Source: an uncultured Lachnospiraceae bacterium
GTDB taxonomy: Bacteria; Bacillota; Clostridia; Lachnospirales; Lachnospiraceae
Length of the DNA stretch: 64,000 nucleotides
Reading direction: 5' to 3'
NCBI GenBank assembly: GCA_944383765.1
Contig: CALWQT010000014.1
Location: 463 to 64,462, forward strand
In this document: one piece after another, positions 31,042 through 41,234 of the stretch
Numbering within the stretch: the stretch's first letter is position 1
Layout of the letters: each line of letters opens with the position of its first letter
Made by a program: the position numbers and the translations under genes
Notes under the pieces: model-generated
Database searches by the model: none
What the model was told of the DNA's origin: nothing
What the model saw: the letters and a program-made list of their open reading frames with translations, nothing else

Positions 31042-33297
31042 ATGAAGAATTGGAAAGCAATCAGTTGGATCGTAGGAATCCCAGCCCTGATCATCCTATT
31101 ATTGATAGGAATCGTAATATATGAACCGATGCAGGATGGCATATCCAGAGCACTGGCATCGAAAGCAACCGTGCTTGCCTTGGTTTCCCAGGAAGAGTGT
31201 GAAAGTTTTCTGCAGGACAAAGTTTCACATTTTCCGGCGGGCCAGACAGAAGAATGGTATGTGGGATATATGGACTATCTTTATGAAAATGGTCTGTTGG
31301 ATGAAAAAGTGACTTTGCCTGGTGCAGACAGTGCAGAAGGGTATCTTACCTATGGGGAAGCAGAGAAATTGGTAGAAAGCATCAGCCCGGCATTAAAGGG
31401 AAAAGCAAGGGCTACGAAAAACAATCGGGACCAGGCAATCCCTATGGATGAATGGTGGCTGCTTTATGATTCCTTATTGAACGCGGTGGACAGCGGACAC
31501 CAGGTGACAGATGGGAAAATCACGATCTATGCCATGGGTGGTGAGACAGAAGAACTTCAATGGAGTGTATATACCAGTGCCGGGACCATGGACTGCCATG
31601 GATTGATGCTGGAGAAATATGTGGACCGGGAAGTAAAGGCACTTTACAGAGGGAAAACCTTGATCTGGTGTGACCAACCGGAATCAGACAGTGTGATCTA
31701 CGAAAACGTATGGATTACGGAAGGCGAAGATGGAAAACTGCTTGCTTATGTGGCAGGCATTACAAAGGAGTTAAAAACAGGATTAAAAGAAGATGAAAAA
31801 CAGAAGGTTTATAATAATATAGCGGACCTGTACCTGGAAGATGGACGGGTAAAAAAGGTTGTTGTCAAAAAGGAAAGGATTTCAGGAAAAGTGCTGGCTG
31901 TAGGGACGGACTTTATTGAGATTGAAGGATATGGGAATCTCCCGTTGAGCCCTACATTCCAGGTGTTTAAGACATTTGGGACTTTTGAGAAAAAACAGAC
32001 GAAAGATATCCTGGTGGGATATGATAATCAGGAATTTGTTGTGTCAAAAGGACAGGTATGCGCAGCATTGATCGTTCGCCAGTTTGATGCAGGCACAATC
32101 CGGGTCCTGCTGATGGATACAGGATTTCATTCCACATTTCATTCTTCTGTTGTGCTGAAAAGTTCCAAGGATATGAGTTTGACCTGGAGTGACGGAGGAG
32201 AGGAGACCATACCGGCAGGTCAGGAGCTTTCTATTGACACGGGCGAGAGCAGGCTGGGAAGCGGCAGATTGGTCGTGGAGCCTTCAGATGGGGCAGAGAT
32301 TTCGGTTCAGACTATAGAACGTGGACAGGGAACTCCTGCTTATGGAGGCAGGCTGGAAATTGCGGCAACAGAACAGGGCCTTGTATTGATAAACGAGCTG
32401 TATCTGGAAGATTATTTGAAAAAAGTAGTTCCCAGTGAAATGCCTGCAAGTTATGAAAAAGAGGCATTGAAAGCCCAGGCAGTATGTGCCAGGACTTATG
32501 CATACCGCCAGATCCAGGCAAATGGTTACAGCGCCTATGGAGCCCATGTAGATGACAGTACCAATTATCAGGTATATAATAATATAGAAACAAACAGCAG
32601 GACGGACAGTGCAGTAGATGAGACATATGGACAGATCCTTACTTATGACGGGAAACCGATAGAAGCATTCTATTTTTCCACGTCTTGCGGTGTGACTACA
32701 GATGGAAGCATCTGGGGTGGAGACCCGTCTTCGGTGCCATATATTAAAAGCAAACTGTTAGGGGAAAATCCACAGGGGCTTGATCTGTCCAATCAGGTAG
32801 ACTTTTCCAATTTTATCAAAAATAAGAGTTATAAAGCTTATGATTCCGAATACGCTATGTTTCGTTGGGAAACCTATACAGACAGCGAAATACTGGAGCA
32901 GAAAGTCACAGGCATAGGAGAAGTGAGAGAGATTACAGTCAAATCCAGAGGAGCCGGTGGCGTAGTGAAAGAACTGGAAATTACCGGTTCGGAAGGTGTT
33001 AAGACGGTGAGCGGCCAGAATCAGGTCAGGTCAGTATTGGGCAATACTGCTTTGAAGATAAAGAAAAAAGATGGGATGGAGATGACCGGACAGGATTCCC
33101 TTCCCAGTGCATTCATTACTGTGGAGAAAGAAGGAGAACGGTTCCATATCTATGGAGGAGGATATGGACATGGAGCAGGAATGAGCCAGAACGGAGCTCA
33201 GGGTATGGCAAAGCAAGGCAAGAAATATGATGACATTTTAAGCTTTTTCTATGATGGAACCCAGCTACAGGAGGTGGAGCACGAACCGGAAAAATAA
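31042..33297 (+). CDS. SpoIID/LytB domain protein (membrane-anchored)
   Basis: 751 aa, N-terminal TM. ALKAQAVCARTYAY...STNYQVY...FYFSTSCGVTTD...GHGAGMSQNGAQGMA motifs of the SpoIID family. Confidence 0.85.
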   Translation: MKNWKAISWIVGIPALIILLLIGIVIYEPMQDGISRALASKATVLALVSQEECESFLQDKVSHFPAGQTEEWYVGYMDYLYENGLLDEKVTLPGADSAEGYLTYGEAEKLVESISPALKGKARATKNNRDQAIPMDEWWLLYDSLLNAVDSGHQVTDGKITIYAMGGETEELQWSVYTSAGTMDCHGLMLEKYVDREVKALYRGKTLIWCDQPESDSVIYENVWITEGEDGKLLAYVAGITKELKTGLKEDEKQKVYNNIADLYLEDGRVKKVVVKKERISGKVLAVGTDFIEIEGYGNLPLSPTFQVFKTFGTFEKKQTKDILVGYDNQEFVVSKGQVCAALIVRQFDAGTIRVLLMDTGFHSTFHSSVVLKSSKDMSLTWSDGGEETIPAGQELSIDTGESRLGSGRLVVEPSDGAEISVQTIERGQGTPAYGGRLEIAATEQGLVLINELYLEDYLKKVVPSEMPASYEKEALKAQAVCARTYAYRQIQANGYSAYGAHVDDSTNYQVYNNIETNSRTDSAVDETYGQILTYDGKPIEAFYFSTSCGVTTDGSIWGGDPSSVPYIKSKLLGENPQGLDLSNQVDFSNFIKNKSYKAYDSEYAMFRWETYTDSEILEQKVTGIGEVREITVKSRGAGGVVKELEITGSEGVKTVSGQNQVRSVLGNTALKIKKKDGMEMTGQDSLPSAFITVEKEGERFHIYGGGYGHGAGMSQNGAQGMAKQGKKYDDILSFFYDGTQLQEVEHEPEK

Positions 33298-33534
33298 AAG
33301 TGAAAAAGGATGAATATATGTTCCACTTCTGTCAATACTAGTAATAGTTACAAAAGAAGAAGTGAATACTTATCCTCCCCTTTTTAGTCGGTTCTGGCGC
33401 GCAGGGCGCGCTGGGGCCGATTTTTTATCATTGAAAAAAGAAAACTTTTTTGAAAAATCTATTTGCAAATTTTCTGGTTTTGGTATATACTAGCTAAGGT
33501 AATCCTAAGGACAAGAAAAAAGGATGGTAATGAA

Positions 33535-34050
33535 ATGGCAACTTTGTTAGAAACATGGAGAAATCTCGCGTATGGCGATGGTTTAGATGATAAAAAGAAG
33601 GAAGAACTCTGGAACGGTTATTTCCAGATTGAAAAAGGTATTTATGAGCAGATTCTGTCAGCTCCGGAGCAGGTAGTGGAAGGCACTGTGAAAGAACTGG
33701 CTGACAAGTATCACACAGAAGTTCTGATTATGACAGGATTTCTTGATGGTATCAATGAGAGCCTGAAAGGCTATGAAAATCCGATTGAAACCATGGATGA
33801 AAATACAGTTGTAAAGATTGAGATTGATCCGGAAAAACTGTATTATAATATGGTGGAAGCAAAGGCCAGCTGGCTGTACGGGCTTTCTCAGTGGGACAGC
33901 ATTCTGAGTGAAGAGAGACGAAAAGAACTTTATAAGGAGCAGAAGGCTTCCGGAACGGTTCGCCGTGAAGGAAGAAAGGTATATCCAAATGATCCCTGTC
34001 CTTGTGGAAGCGGTAAGAAGTATAAAAAATGCTGTGGAAAAAATGCTTAG
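33535..34050 (+). CDS. SEC-C metal-binding motif protein
   Basis: C-terminal [18 protein letters not shown]. Promoter TTGCAA-17-TATACT upstream; the track start at 33463 has no RBS. Confidence 0.7.
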   Translation: MATLLETWRNLAYGDGLDDKKKEELWNGYFQIEKGIYEQILSAPEQVVEGTVKELADKYHTEVLIMTGFLDGINESLKGYENPIETMDENTVVKIEIDPEKLYYNMVEAKASWLYGLSQWDSILSEERRKELYKEQKASGTVRREGRKVYPNDPCPCGSGKKYKKCCGKNA

Positions 34051-34092
34051 TTAAAAATGAAAATGCGGTCTGGATGCAGACCGCATAAATAC

Positions 34093-34166
34093 CGGGGTAT
34101 GGCGTAGCTTGGTAGCGCGCTCGGCTGGGGGCCGAGAGGTCGCAGGTTCAAATCCTGTTGCCCCGA
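34093..34166 (+). tRNA. tRNA-Pro (anticodon GGG)
   Basis: Manual cloverleaf: acceptor CGGGGTA/TGCCCCG, D stem GCGT/GCGC, anticodon stem CTCGG/CCGAG with loop CTGGGGG, T stem GCAGG/CCTGT with TTCAAAT loop, discriminator A. No encoded CCA; flanked by hairpins. Confidence 0.9.
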
Positions 34167-34228
34167 TTTTAATTGTGCTGGATGCTTGGATAGGGCGTCC
34201 AGCATTTTCATTATACTAGAAAAGGAGA

Positions 34229-35041
34229 ATGGGCGTGAACAAACAGGGAATTATCAGTTTTGATCTGGACCAGACACTTCTGGACCACAGCATATACCGT
34301 ATACCGGAGAGTGCACTGAAAGCAGTGGAGAAGCTGCGGGAACGTTTTTATATTGTTCTTTCTACAGGAAGGGATATGGATAATTATTACAGTCGGGAAT
34401 ATAAAGAGCAGGTAGGACCGGATGCAATTATTCATATGAATGGTACCAAAATTACAGTAGGGGACAAGATGATCTATGATCATGAGATGGACCGGGAATT
34501 GCTGGAACGCATTTTTTCTTATGCAGATAAGGCTGGATATGCGGTAGGAGTTACAATTGGTGATGAAGATTATTATCTTCATCAGGAAATTGTGAGGGCT
34601 ATGGACCTGGAACGATGGGGAGAATGTGGGAGAAAATTTAGAGATGCCTGGAAACTTCTGGATGGGAGAGTGAGGACACTTGCTTATATAGGAAGAGAAG
34701 AAGGGGCAAAAGATCTGGAAGCGCATTTCCCGGAATTGAAATGCCTTTTGTTTGCCGGAAAAAGAGGAGCAGACGTGGTTGAGAAAGAGGCGTCAAAAGC
34801 AAAAGGGCTGCAACGTTTATGCGATTACTATGGCTATTCCATGAAAGATGTGATTGCTTTTGGTGATAGTATGAATGATTATGAGATGATTTGCCAGGCA
34901 GGTTTGGGTATTGCCATGGGAAATGCTATCGAGGAATTGAAGGAAGTGGCGGATTATATAACCACTTCTGTCAGTGATGATGGAATCTGGAATGGCTGCC
35001 AGCATTTTCATTTTTTTGTACGCGAGGAAGAGACAGATTGA
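34229..35041 (+). CDS. Cof-type HAD-IIB family hydrolase
   Basis: FDLDQTLL (DxD), STGRD, GDSMNDYEM motifs; GTG start. Confidence 0.85.
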   Translation: MGVNKQGIISFDLDQTLLDHSIYRIPESALKAVEKLRERFYIVLSTGRDMDNYYSREYKEQVGPDAIIHMNGTKITVGDKMIYDHEMDRELLERIFSYADKAGYAVGVTIGDEDYYLHQEIVRAMDLERWGECGRKFRDAWKLLDGRVRTLAYIGREEGAKDLEAHFPELKCLLFAGKRGADVVEKEASKAKGLQRLCDYYGYSMKDVIAFGDSMNDYEMICQAGLGIAMGNAIEELKEVADYITTSVSDDGIWNGCQHFHFFVREEETD

Positions 35042-35059
35042 AGGAAAAGGTGACGGCGG

Positions 35060-36487
35060 ATGGCAGAAAAATATGATTTGATCGTAATTGGCGGAGGACC
35101 AGGAGGTTATACGGCCGCCCTCCGTGCAGCAGGATTGGGATTTCGCACTGCAGTAGTGGAGAAGGATAAGATGGGAGGAGCCTGCCTGAACCGGGGATGT
35201 ATTCCTACCAAGGCCCTTCTCTATGCATCTCATATGTTTGCAAGCCTGCAAAGCTGTGATGACATGGGGGTTTCCACGGATTTTATTTCTTTTGACTTTA
35301 AAAAGATGCAGGAATACAAAAGGAAATCAGTAATCACCTATCAGGAGGGATTGCGGAAACTGTTCCAGGAAGCCGGGATTGATGTGATCCGGGGCAGAGG
35401 TACCTTGCGGAGAGGGAAAACCGTAGAGGTAATCGGGGAAGAAGGGAAGGTTTTCTATGAGGCGGACCATATTATCCTGGCATCAGGGGCTGTGCCTAGG
35501 AAACTGACAGTAGATGGAGCGGATTCCTGCAGTGTGCTTACCAGTGATGAACTTCTGGCGTCGAAGACCTGGAATTATGACAGGCTGACGATTATAGGAG
35601 GCGGTGTGATCGGTGTGGAATTTGCCACTATTTTTAATAATCTTCAGTCGAAGGTAACATTGATCGAGCAAAATGAGACTTTGCTGGGGACAATGGACCG
35701 GGAAGTGTCCCTTCAGCTGCAAAAGGAACTGGAACGAAAAGGAATTACCGTGCATTGCGATACGGTAGTGGAGAAAATAGAAAAGGATGGTTCCGTCTGC
35801 CTGGTCAGGAAGGGAAAGGAAATTTTTGAGGTGCGGTCTACCAGGATTCTGGCAGCAGTGGGGAGAGACCCCTATATGGAAGGGCTGTTGGGAGAAGATG
35901 TCAGCCTGGATAGAAAAGATGGGCGGCTGGCAGTGGATGGGAATTTTATGACGAGCGAACCGGGAGTCTACGCGATCGGAGACCTGATTTCTCCCATCAG
36001 GCTGGCTCATGTGGCGGCGGCCCAGGCGTCTTATGTGGTGGATAAATTGGCTGGAAGAGAACCGGATGTCCGTTTGAGTGTCGTTCCAAACGGTATGTAC
36101 GCAGAACTTCCGGTGGTTCCCAGCTGTATTTATACAGAACCGGAGATTGCGACAGTTGGTATTACGGAGGAAATGGCAAAAGCCATGAGACTGCATGTGA
36201 AATGCGGGCATTACGATATGAGGAATAATGGGAAATCAATCATTGCCAGGGAAGAAGGCGGCTTTGTGCGCCTGATTTTTGAAGCATATTCCAACACGAT
36301 CGTAGGGGCCCAGATTATATGTTCCAGGGCAACGGACATGATAGGAGAGATGGCTACAGCGATTGCAAATGGGCTGACAGCCAGTCAGCTGTCTATGGCC
36401 ATGAGGGCGCATCCTACTTATGGGGAAGGGATTGCTGCGGCAATTGAAGATGCAATGAAAGAAAGGAGAAACTATGATGGTGAATGA
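35060..36487 (+). CDS. dihydrolipoyl dehydrogenase-family FAD-dependent pyridine nucleotide-disulfide oxidoreductase
   Basis: GGGPGGY dinucleotide fold, redox-active GGACLNRGCIPTK, second GGGVIGVE fold, C-terminal dimerisation HPT..E motif. Confidence 0.8.
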   Translation: MAEKYDLIVIGGGPGGYTAALRAAGLGFRTAVVEKDKMGGACLNRGCIPTKALLYASHMFASLQSCDDMGVSTDFISFDFKKMQEYKRKSVITYQEGLRKLFQEAGIDVIRGRGTLRRGKTVEVIGEEGKVFYEADHIILASGAVPRKLTVDGADSCSVLTSDELLASKTWNYDRLTIIGGGVIGVEFATIFNNLQSKVTLIEQNETLLGTMDREVSLQLQKELERKGITVHCDTVVEKIEKDGSVCLVRKGKEIFEVRSTRILAAVGRDPYMEGLLGEDVSLDRKDGRLAVDGNFMTSEPGVYAIGDLISPIRLAHVAAAQASYVVDKLAGREPDVRLSVVPNGMYAELPVVPSCIYTEPEIATVGITEEMAKAMRLHVKCGHYDMRNNGKSIIAREEGGFVRLIFEAYSNTIVGAQIICSRATDMIGEMATAIANGLTASQLSMAMRAHPTYGEGIAAAIEDAMKERRNYDGE

Positions 36488-38264
36488 ACGGCTGGGGAAA
36501 ATAAGGGAACTGATGAGAGAAAGAGGCGTAGATGCCTATGTCGTTCCTACTTCTGATTTTCATGAGTCAGAATACGTTGGCAGGCATTTTGCGTGTCGGG
36601 AATATATGACAGGATTTACCGGTTCTGCAGGTACGGCAGTGATCACGGCGGATGAAGCCGGTCTCTGGACTGATGGAAGGTATTTTGTTCAGGCTGCTAA
36701 GGAACTGGAAGGAAGTATGGTGGAACTTCGCAGAATGGGACAGGAAGGGGTTCCTACAATCCTGGAGTATCTGGCTGAGACGGTTCCGGCTCACGGCACT
36801 GTGGGATTTGATGGCCGGGTCATCAATGAGCAGCTGGGAGAAAGGATAGAAGAGTGTCTGGCGGATAAAGAGGTGTCTGTTGTTTATCAGGAGGACCTGG
36901 TGGGTATGATATGGCAGGACAGACCGGCGCTGTCTGCGGAACCAATATGGGTTCTTGAGGAAGAATACAGTGGAAAATCTGCGGCTCAAAAACTGGAAGA
37001 ACTGAGAAAGACTATGGAACAGGAGAAAGCAACTGTCCATATCCTCACGTCGGTAGATGATATTGCGTGGCTTTTGAATATCCGTGGAAATGATGTGCCC
37101 TGTAATCCTGTGGTTCTGTCCTATATGATCATCACAGGAGAGAAAGCATTGCTGTTTGTGCAGGAAGAGGCTTTGTGTGCATCTACGGTATCTTATCTGG
37201 AAGGTCTGGGTGTTACGGTCCGTGCTTATGATGAAGTTTATGAGGCGGTAAAAACGTTCCGGAATGAGACGGTAATGATTGAAAAGAGCAGAGTGAACTA
37301 TGCTCTTTGCCACAACCTGGACTCCAGCTGCCGGCTGATGGACAGAATGAATCCGACTGCGCTGGCGAAGTCCGTAAAAAATGAAACAGAAATGGAAAAT
37401 ATCCGGAAAGCCCATATCAAAGATGGTGTGGCGGTGACCAGATATCTTTACTGGCTGAAACATAATATCGGGAAAATTCCCATAGACGAGATCAGTGTGG
37501 CTGAAAAGCTGGAAGAGTTCCGCCGGGAACAGGAAGGCTATCTGGGACCTAGTTTCCATACGATTTCTGCCTATGGACCAAACGCGGCTATGTGCCATTA
37601 CTCTCCATCAGAGGAAAATAAGGCAGCTCTGGAACCGAAAGGATTTTATCTGGTGGATTCCGGCGGCCAGTATTATCAGGGAACCACAGATATTACCAGG
37701 ACTGTGGCACTTGGAGACCTGACGGAAGAAGAAAAGGAACATTTTACTCTGGTGGCAGTCAGTATGCTGCGCCTGGGAGATGTAAAGTTTCTTCACGGCT
37801 GTACCGGTATGAATCTGGATTATGTGGCAAGAGAAGTATTCTGGAAGCGGGGGCTGAATTTTGACCATGGAACAGGACATGGGGTAGGATATCTGTTAAA
37901 TGTGCATGAGCGCCCCAATGGTATCCGGTGGAAGGTGGTTCCGGAAAGGCAGGATTCCGGTATTCTGGAAGAAGGAATGCTGACTTCTGATGAGCCGGGA
38001 ATTTACCTGGAAGGAAAATATGGAATCCGGACGGAAAACCTGGTGCTTTGCCGGAAGGCAGAGAAAAATTCCTATGGTCAGTTTATGGAGTTTGAGTTTG
38101 TGACATTTGTTCCCATTGATCTGGATGCCATTGATAAAAAGTATATGGAGCAAAGAGATGTGGAACTGCTGAATGCTTATCACAGAGAAGTGTATGAAAA
38201 AATTTCTCCTTATCTGAGTAAAGAAGAGGCAGAATGGCTGAAAGAATATACAAGAGAAATCTAA
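36474..38264 (+). CDS. Xaa-Pro aminopeptidase (M24 family, aminopeptidase P type)
   Basis: 596 aa. Creatinase/prolidase N-domains and metal-ligand block DSGGQY...TDITRT...HGTGHGVGYLLNVHE...SDEPG. Confidence 0.85.
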   Translation: MMVNERLGKIRELMRERGVDAYVVPTSDFHESEYVGRHFACREYMTGFTGSAGTAVITADEAGLWTDGRYFVQAAKELEGSMVELRRMGQEGVPTILEYLAETVPAHGTVGFDGRVINEQLGERIEECLADKEVSVVYQEDLVGMIWQDRPALSAEPIWVLEEEYSGKSAAQKLEELRKTMEQEKATVHILTSVDDIAWLLNIRGNDVPCNPVVLSYMIITGEKALLFVQEEALCASTVSYLEGLGVTVRAYDEVYEAVKTFRNETVMIEKSRVNYALCHNLDSSCRLMDRMNPTALAKSVKNETEMENIRKAHIKDGVAVTRYLYWLKHNIGKIPIDEISVAEKLEEFRREQEGYLGPSFHTISAYGPNAAMCHYSPSEENKAALEPKGFYLVDSGGQYYQGTTDITRTVALGDLTEEEKEHFTLVAVSMLRLGDVKFLHGCTGMNLDYVAREVFWKRGLNFDHGTGHGVGYLLNVHERPNGIRWKVVPERQDSGILEEGMLTSDEPGIYLEGKYGIRTENLVLCRKAEKNSYGQFMEFEFVTFVPIDLDAIDKKYMEQRDVELLNAYHREVYEKISPYLSKEEAEWLKEYTREI

Positions 38265-38310
38265 TCAAACAGCCGGCTGATGAAGCTGGCGATAATCTGT
38301 AGCAAACAGG

Positions 38311-38346
38311 CGGTATACAGCTGGAAAGGCTGTATACCGTTTTTTT
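38311..38346 (+). terminator. rho-independent terminator of the aminopeptidase gene
   Basis: CGGTATACAGC-N7-GCTGTATACCG + TTTTTTT. Confidence 0.8.
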
Positions 38347-38355
38347 ATGGTGTCA

Positions 38356-38388
38356 AAACAAAAATGTAATTCTATTACATTTTTGTTT
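38356..38388. promoter_or_regulatory. 33-bp perfect palindrome (operator candidate), core TGTAAT-TCT-ATTACA
   Basis: AAACAAAAATGTAAT-TCT-ATTACATTTTTGTTT; arms are exact reverse complements. Confidence 0.6.
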
Positions 38389-38405
38389 AAAATACAAATA
38401 TAACT

Positions 38406-38420
38406 TGTAATTCTGTTACA
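38406..38420. promoter_or_regulatory. second operator copy TGTAATTCTGTTACA overlapping the PTS promoter -35
   Basis: 14/15 identical to the core of the 38365-38379 site. TTGTAA 38405-38410 and TAATAT/TATAAT 38428-38436 form the likely promoter. Confidence 0.5.
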
Positions 38421-38537
38421 TATATGGTAATATAATGGCATAAGCGCTTATATAACAGCAGAAAAATAGACAAAATGCCCATTGAGAGTGATGAGGACAA
38501 AAAAAGAAAATGTAAAAATGTAATAAGGAGGACAAGT

Positions 38538-39359
38538 ATGCAGGAGATTTCTGTATGGTTCATTGCACTGGTGGTTCTGTATACTGCAATTGCGGTACTG
38601 GATCAGATTTCTATTCAGTGCGGTATTTACACACCGCTGTTTGCGGCAACATTCGTAGGATTTCTGTTAGGAGATTTACAGACAGGTTTGATTGTTGGTG
38701 CCACCCTTCAGCTGATGACTTTGGGAGTGGCTACTTATGGAGGAGCTACTGTTCCTGATTACCTGTCAGGTGCCATTATGGGTACCACTTATGCGATTAT
38801 TTCCGGGGAAGGAGCAGAATATGGCATTGCTCTTGCAATCCCGATCGGACTGCTGCTGACCCAGATGGATATTCTGGGAAGAATGAGCAACTCTTTCTTC
38901 CAGCATTACGCGGACAGATGTGCGGAAAGAGGCGATTATAAAGGAGTGGAAAGGGCGAATCTTCTGGGAGCTCTTCCGTGGATGTTATCCCGTATGATTC
39001 CTGTGGCAATTGGCCTGATCTTCGGAGAAGTTGTGATCAACAGCATCAATGCCCTGATTCCGTCATGGTTTATGGTTGGTCTGAAGACAGCAGGGGCAAT
39101 CCTCCCGGCCATGGGTATGGCGATCCTGATGCGTTATCTTCCGCTTAAAAAACATTATGCATATTTTATTATTGGTTTTGTGATGCTGGCATATGCCGGT
39201 TCTGTATTTACCATCATGGCAGCAGCTCTGGTAGGTTTTGCTTTGGCAGCTCTTCATTATATGAGAACTCAGGAACGTCAGGCTGCAGTACAGGGAACAC
39301 AGGCAAGCTATGGCGGTATGGTAAAAATTGACGATGAGGAGGTAGAGATCAATGACTAA
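38538..39359 (+). CDS. PTS mannose/fructose/sorbose-family EIIC component
   Basis: AAGGAGG then ATG 38538. 273 aa polytopic protein followed by IID and IIAB genes; the track start at 38475 lacks an RBS. Confidence 0.85.
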   Translation: MQEISVWFIALVVLYTAIAVLDQISIQCGIYTPLFAATFVGFLLGDLQTGLIVGATLQLMTLGVATYGGATVPDYLSGAIMGTTYAIISGEGAEYGIALAIPIGLLLTQMDILGRMSNSFFQHYADRCAERGDYKGVERANLLGALPWMLSRMIPVAIGLIFGEVVINSINALIPSWFMVGLKTAGAILPAMGMAILMRYLPLKKHYAYFIIGFVMLAYAGSVFTIMAAALVGFALAALHYMRTQERQAAVQGTQASYGGMVKIDDEEVEIND

Positions 39360-40191
39360 TCAGACAGATACTTCTACGAAGCTGACGAAGCAGGACATCA
39401 AAAAGGTATATACCAGAAACCTGTTCGGTCTTCAGTTGGGTTGGAATTATGAAAAGATGCAGGGTCTTGGTTATGCCTATGTGATCATGCCTGTATTGAA
39501 ACGTCTTTATGGTGATGATCCGGAAAAAATGAAAAAAGCTTTGAAGATGCAGCTTTCTTATTTTAATACCTCTCAGCCAATGTCTCACCTGATCGTTGGT
39601 GCTGATATGGCGCTGGAAGAAGAACTGGGAATCGAAGCAGAGGAAACGGTAATGGCAGTCAAGACAGGTCTTATGGGACCGATGGCTGGCGTTGGTGATA
39701 CCCTGTTCCTGGCTATTTACCGGGCTATCTGTTTTTCCATCGCTGCTTATATGGCTATGCAGGGTAATGTGGTAGGGTTGATTATACCGCTGATTGCCTG
39801 TGCAGCAGTGCTTTGGGTGCGTTATAAATTTACTTATATCGGATATAAATCCGGGCGTAAGATGGCCACGAACTTCTCTGATAAACTGGCACCTGTCACA
39901 GAAGCGGCCAGTATCCTGGGCTTAACAGTAGTAGGGGCCCTGATTCCGTCAGTTGTTTCCTATAAGACGGATCTGGCGTTCACCATGGGAGAAGTAACCT
40001 TTGCAGTACAGACGGATATCCTGGATAAGATTCTTCCCAGTATGCTGCCTCTTGCTATTGTTATGCTGTCCTATTGGCTGCTGGGGAAAAAGAAAGTCAA
40101 TTCTACCAGACTGATCTTTATCCTGTTGGCTTTAGGTATGCTGCTTGGAAACCTTCAGAATATCCTGGTATTTGTGACGGGATTGTTTTAA
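39352..40191 (+). CDS. PTS mannose-family EIID component
   Basis: 279 aa. N-terminal LTKQDIKKVYTRNLFGLQLGWNYEKMQGLGY typical of IID-Man. Confidence 0.85.
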   Translation: MTNQTDTSTKLTKQDIKKVYTRNLFGLQLGWNYEKMQGLGYAYVIMPVLKRLYGDDPEKMKKALKMQLSYFNTSQPMSHLIVGADMALEEELGIEAEETVMAVKTGLMGPMAGVGDTLFLAIYRAICFSIAAYMAMQGNVVGLIIPLIACAAVLWVRYKFTYIGYKSGRKMATNFSDKLAPVTEAASILGLTVVGALIPSVVSYKTDLAFTMGEVTFAVQTDILDKILPSMLPLAIVMLSYWLLGKKKVNSTRLIFILLALGMLLGNLQNILVFVTGLF

Positions 40192-40206
40192 TGTGGGAGG
40201 CGTGAT

Positions 40207-41148
40207 ATGATAGGTTTGATTGTAACAGGACATGGGAATTTTGCCACCGGTATCACCAGCAGCCTGAGACTGATTGCCGGGGAACCGCATGATTACCAGG
40301 CAGTTGATTTTTTACCTGAGGATTCTATCGATCTGCTGACAGAAAAACTGAGAACGGCTTTGAACAGCCTTAGTGACTGCAGTTCTGTACTGGTCATGGC
40401 GGATTTGGCAGGTGGTTCCCCTTATAATGTGGCATCAAAGCTGCGTATGGAAGGTGCCGCTTCTATGGAAGTGGTCGGCGGGACCAATCTGGCAGCTCTG
40501 ATCGAAGCAAGTATGGGGCGGGAAGCATCGGAAGATGTGAAGGAATTAGCTGATTCTGTGGCTGCTACAGGAAAAGAGCAGGTGATCCGTTTCCTCACAG
40601 ATGAGGAACAGAAAGAAAAGAAGGCGGCACCGGCTAAAGCAGTCCGGAGAAAAGTTGATCCTGATGCCCCGAAAGGCAAGATTATTCATGCAAGAGTAGA
40701 TGAGCGCTTGATACATGGTCAGGTAGCTACGGTATGGACCAATACGGTAGGTGCCAGCCGGATCGTGGTAGTCAATGATGCAGCTTTGAAAGATGAGATG
40801 GCGTTATCCGGTCTGAAAATGGCAAAGCCAGCCGGTGTAAAATTATCCATTGTTTCGGTAAAGAGAGCAGTGGAACGGTTTAAGGAAAATGCTTATGCCG
40901 GAGACCGGGTGTTTGTAATTACAAAAAATATTGCAGATATGGCGGAACTTGTCCGCCAGGGCGTAGGAATCGAAAAAGTAAATGTGGGAAATGTGGCGAA
41001 AAGGGAAGGTTCAAGGAATATTAAAAAGTCTGTGAATCTGACCGAGCAGGACATTGCGGATATCCATGAAATGATCAATAGTGGACACCCGGTAACTGCA
41101 CAGATGATCCCGAATGAACCGGATCAGTCCATTCTCAGTTATTTGTAG
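40207..41148 (+). CDS. PTS mannose-family EIIA-EIIB fusion
   Basis: IIA N-terminus MIGLIVTGHGNFA (active His), Ala/Lys linker, IIB ...ARVDERLIHGQVATVW (active His). Confidence 0.85.
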   Translation: MIGLIVTGHGNFATGITSSLRLIAGEPHDYQAVDFLPEDSIDLLTEKLRTALNSLSDCSSVLVMADLAGGSPYNVASKLRMEGAASMEVVGGTNLAALIEASMGREASEDVKELADSVAATGKEQVIRFLTDEEQKEKKAAPAKAVRRKVDPDAPKGKIIHARVDERLIHGQVATVWTNTVGASRIVVVNDAALKDEMALSGLKMAKPAGVKLSIVSVKRAVERFKENAYAGDRVFVITKNIADMAELVRQGVGIEKVNVGNVAKREGSRNIKKSVNLTEQDIADIHEMINSGHPVTAQMIPNEPDQSILSYL

Positions 41149-41234
41149 GTTTCTGCGGAGAAGTTTTGAAAAAATACAGATGCAGAAAAGCGCTTTGGCA
41201 GATAGCGGGAACAGAGCGGTGAGAGGAGGATTTT

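Noticed and set aside
38356-38388. 33-bp palindrome considered as the aminopeptidase gene terminator
   Set aside because: A strong GC-containing terminator with a T7 run already precedes it (38311-38346). The palindrome is almost pure A/T, and its core recurs over the PTS promoter, so an operator role fits better.
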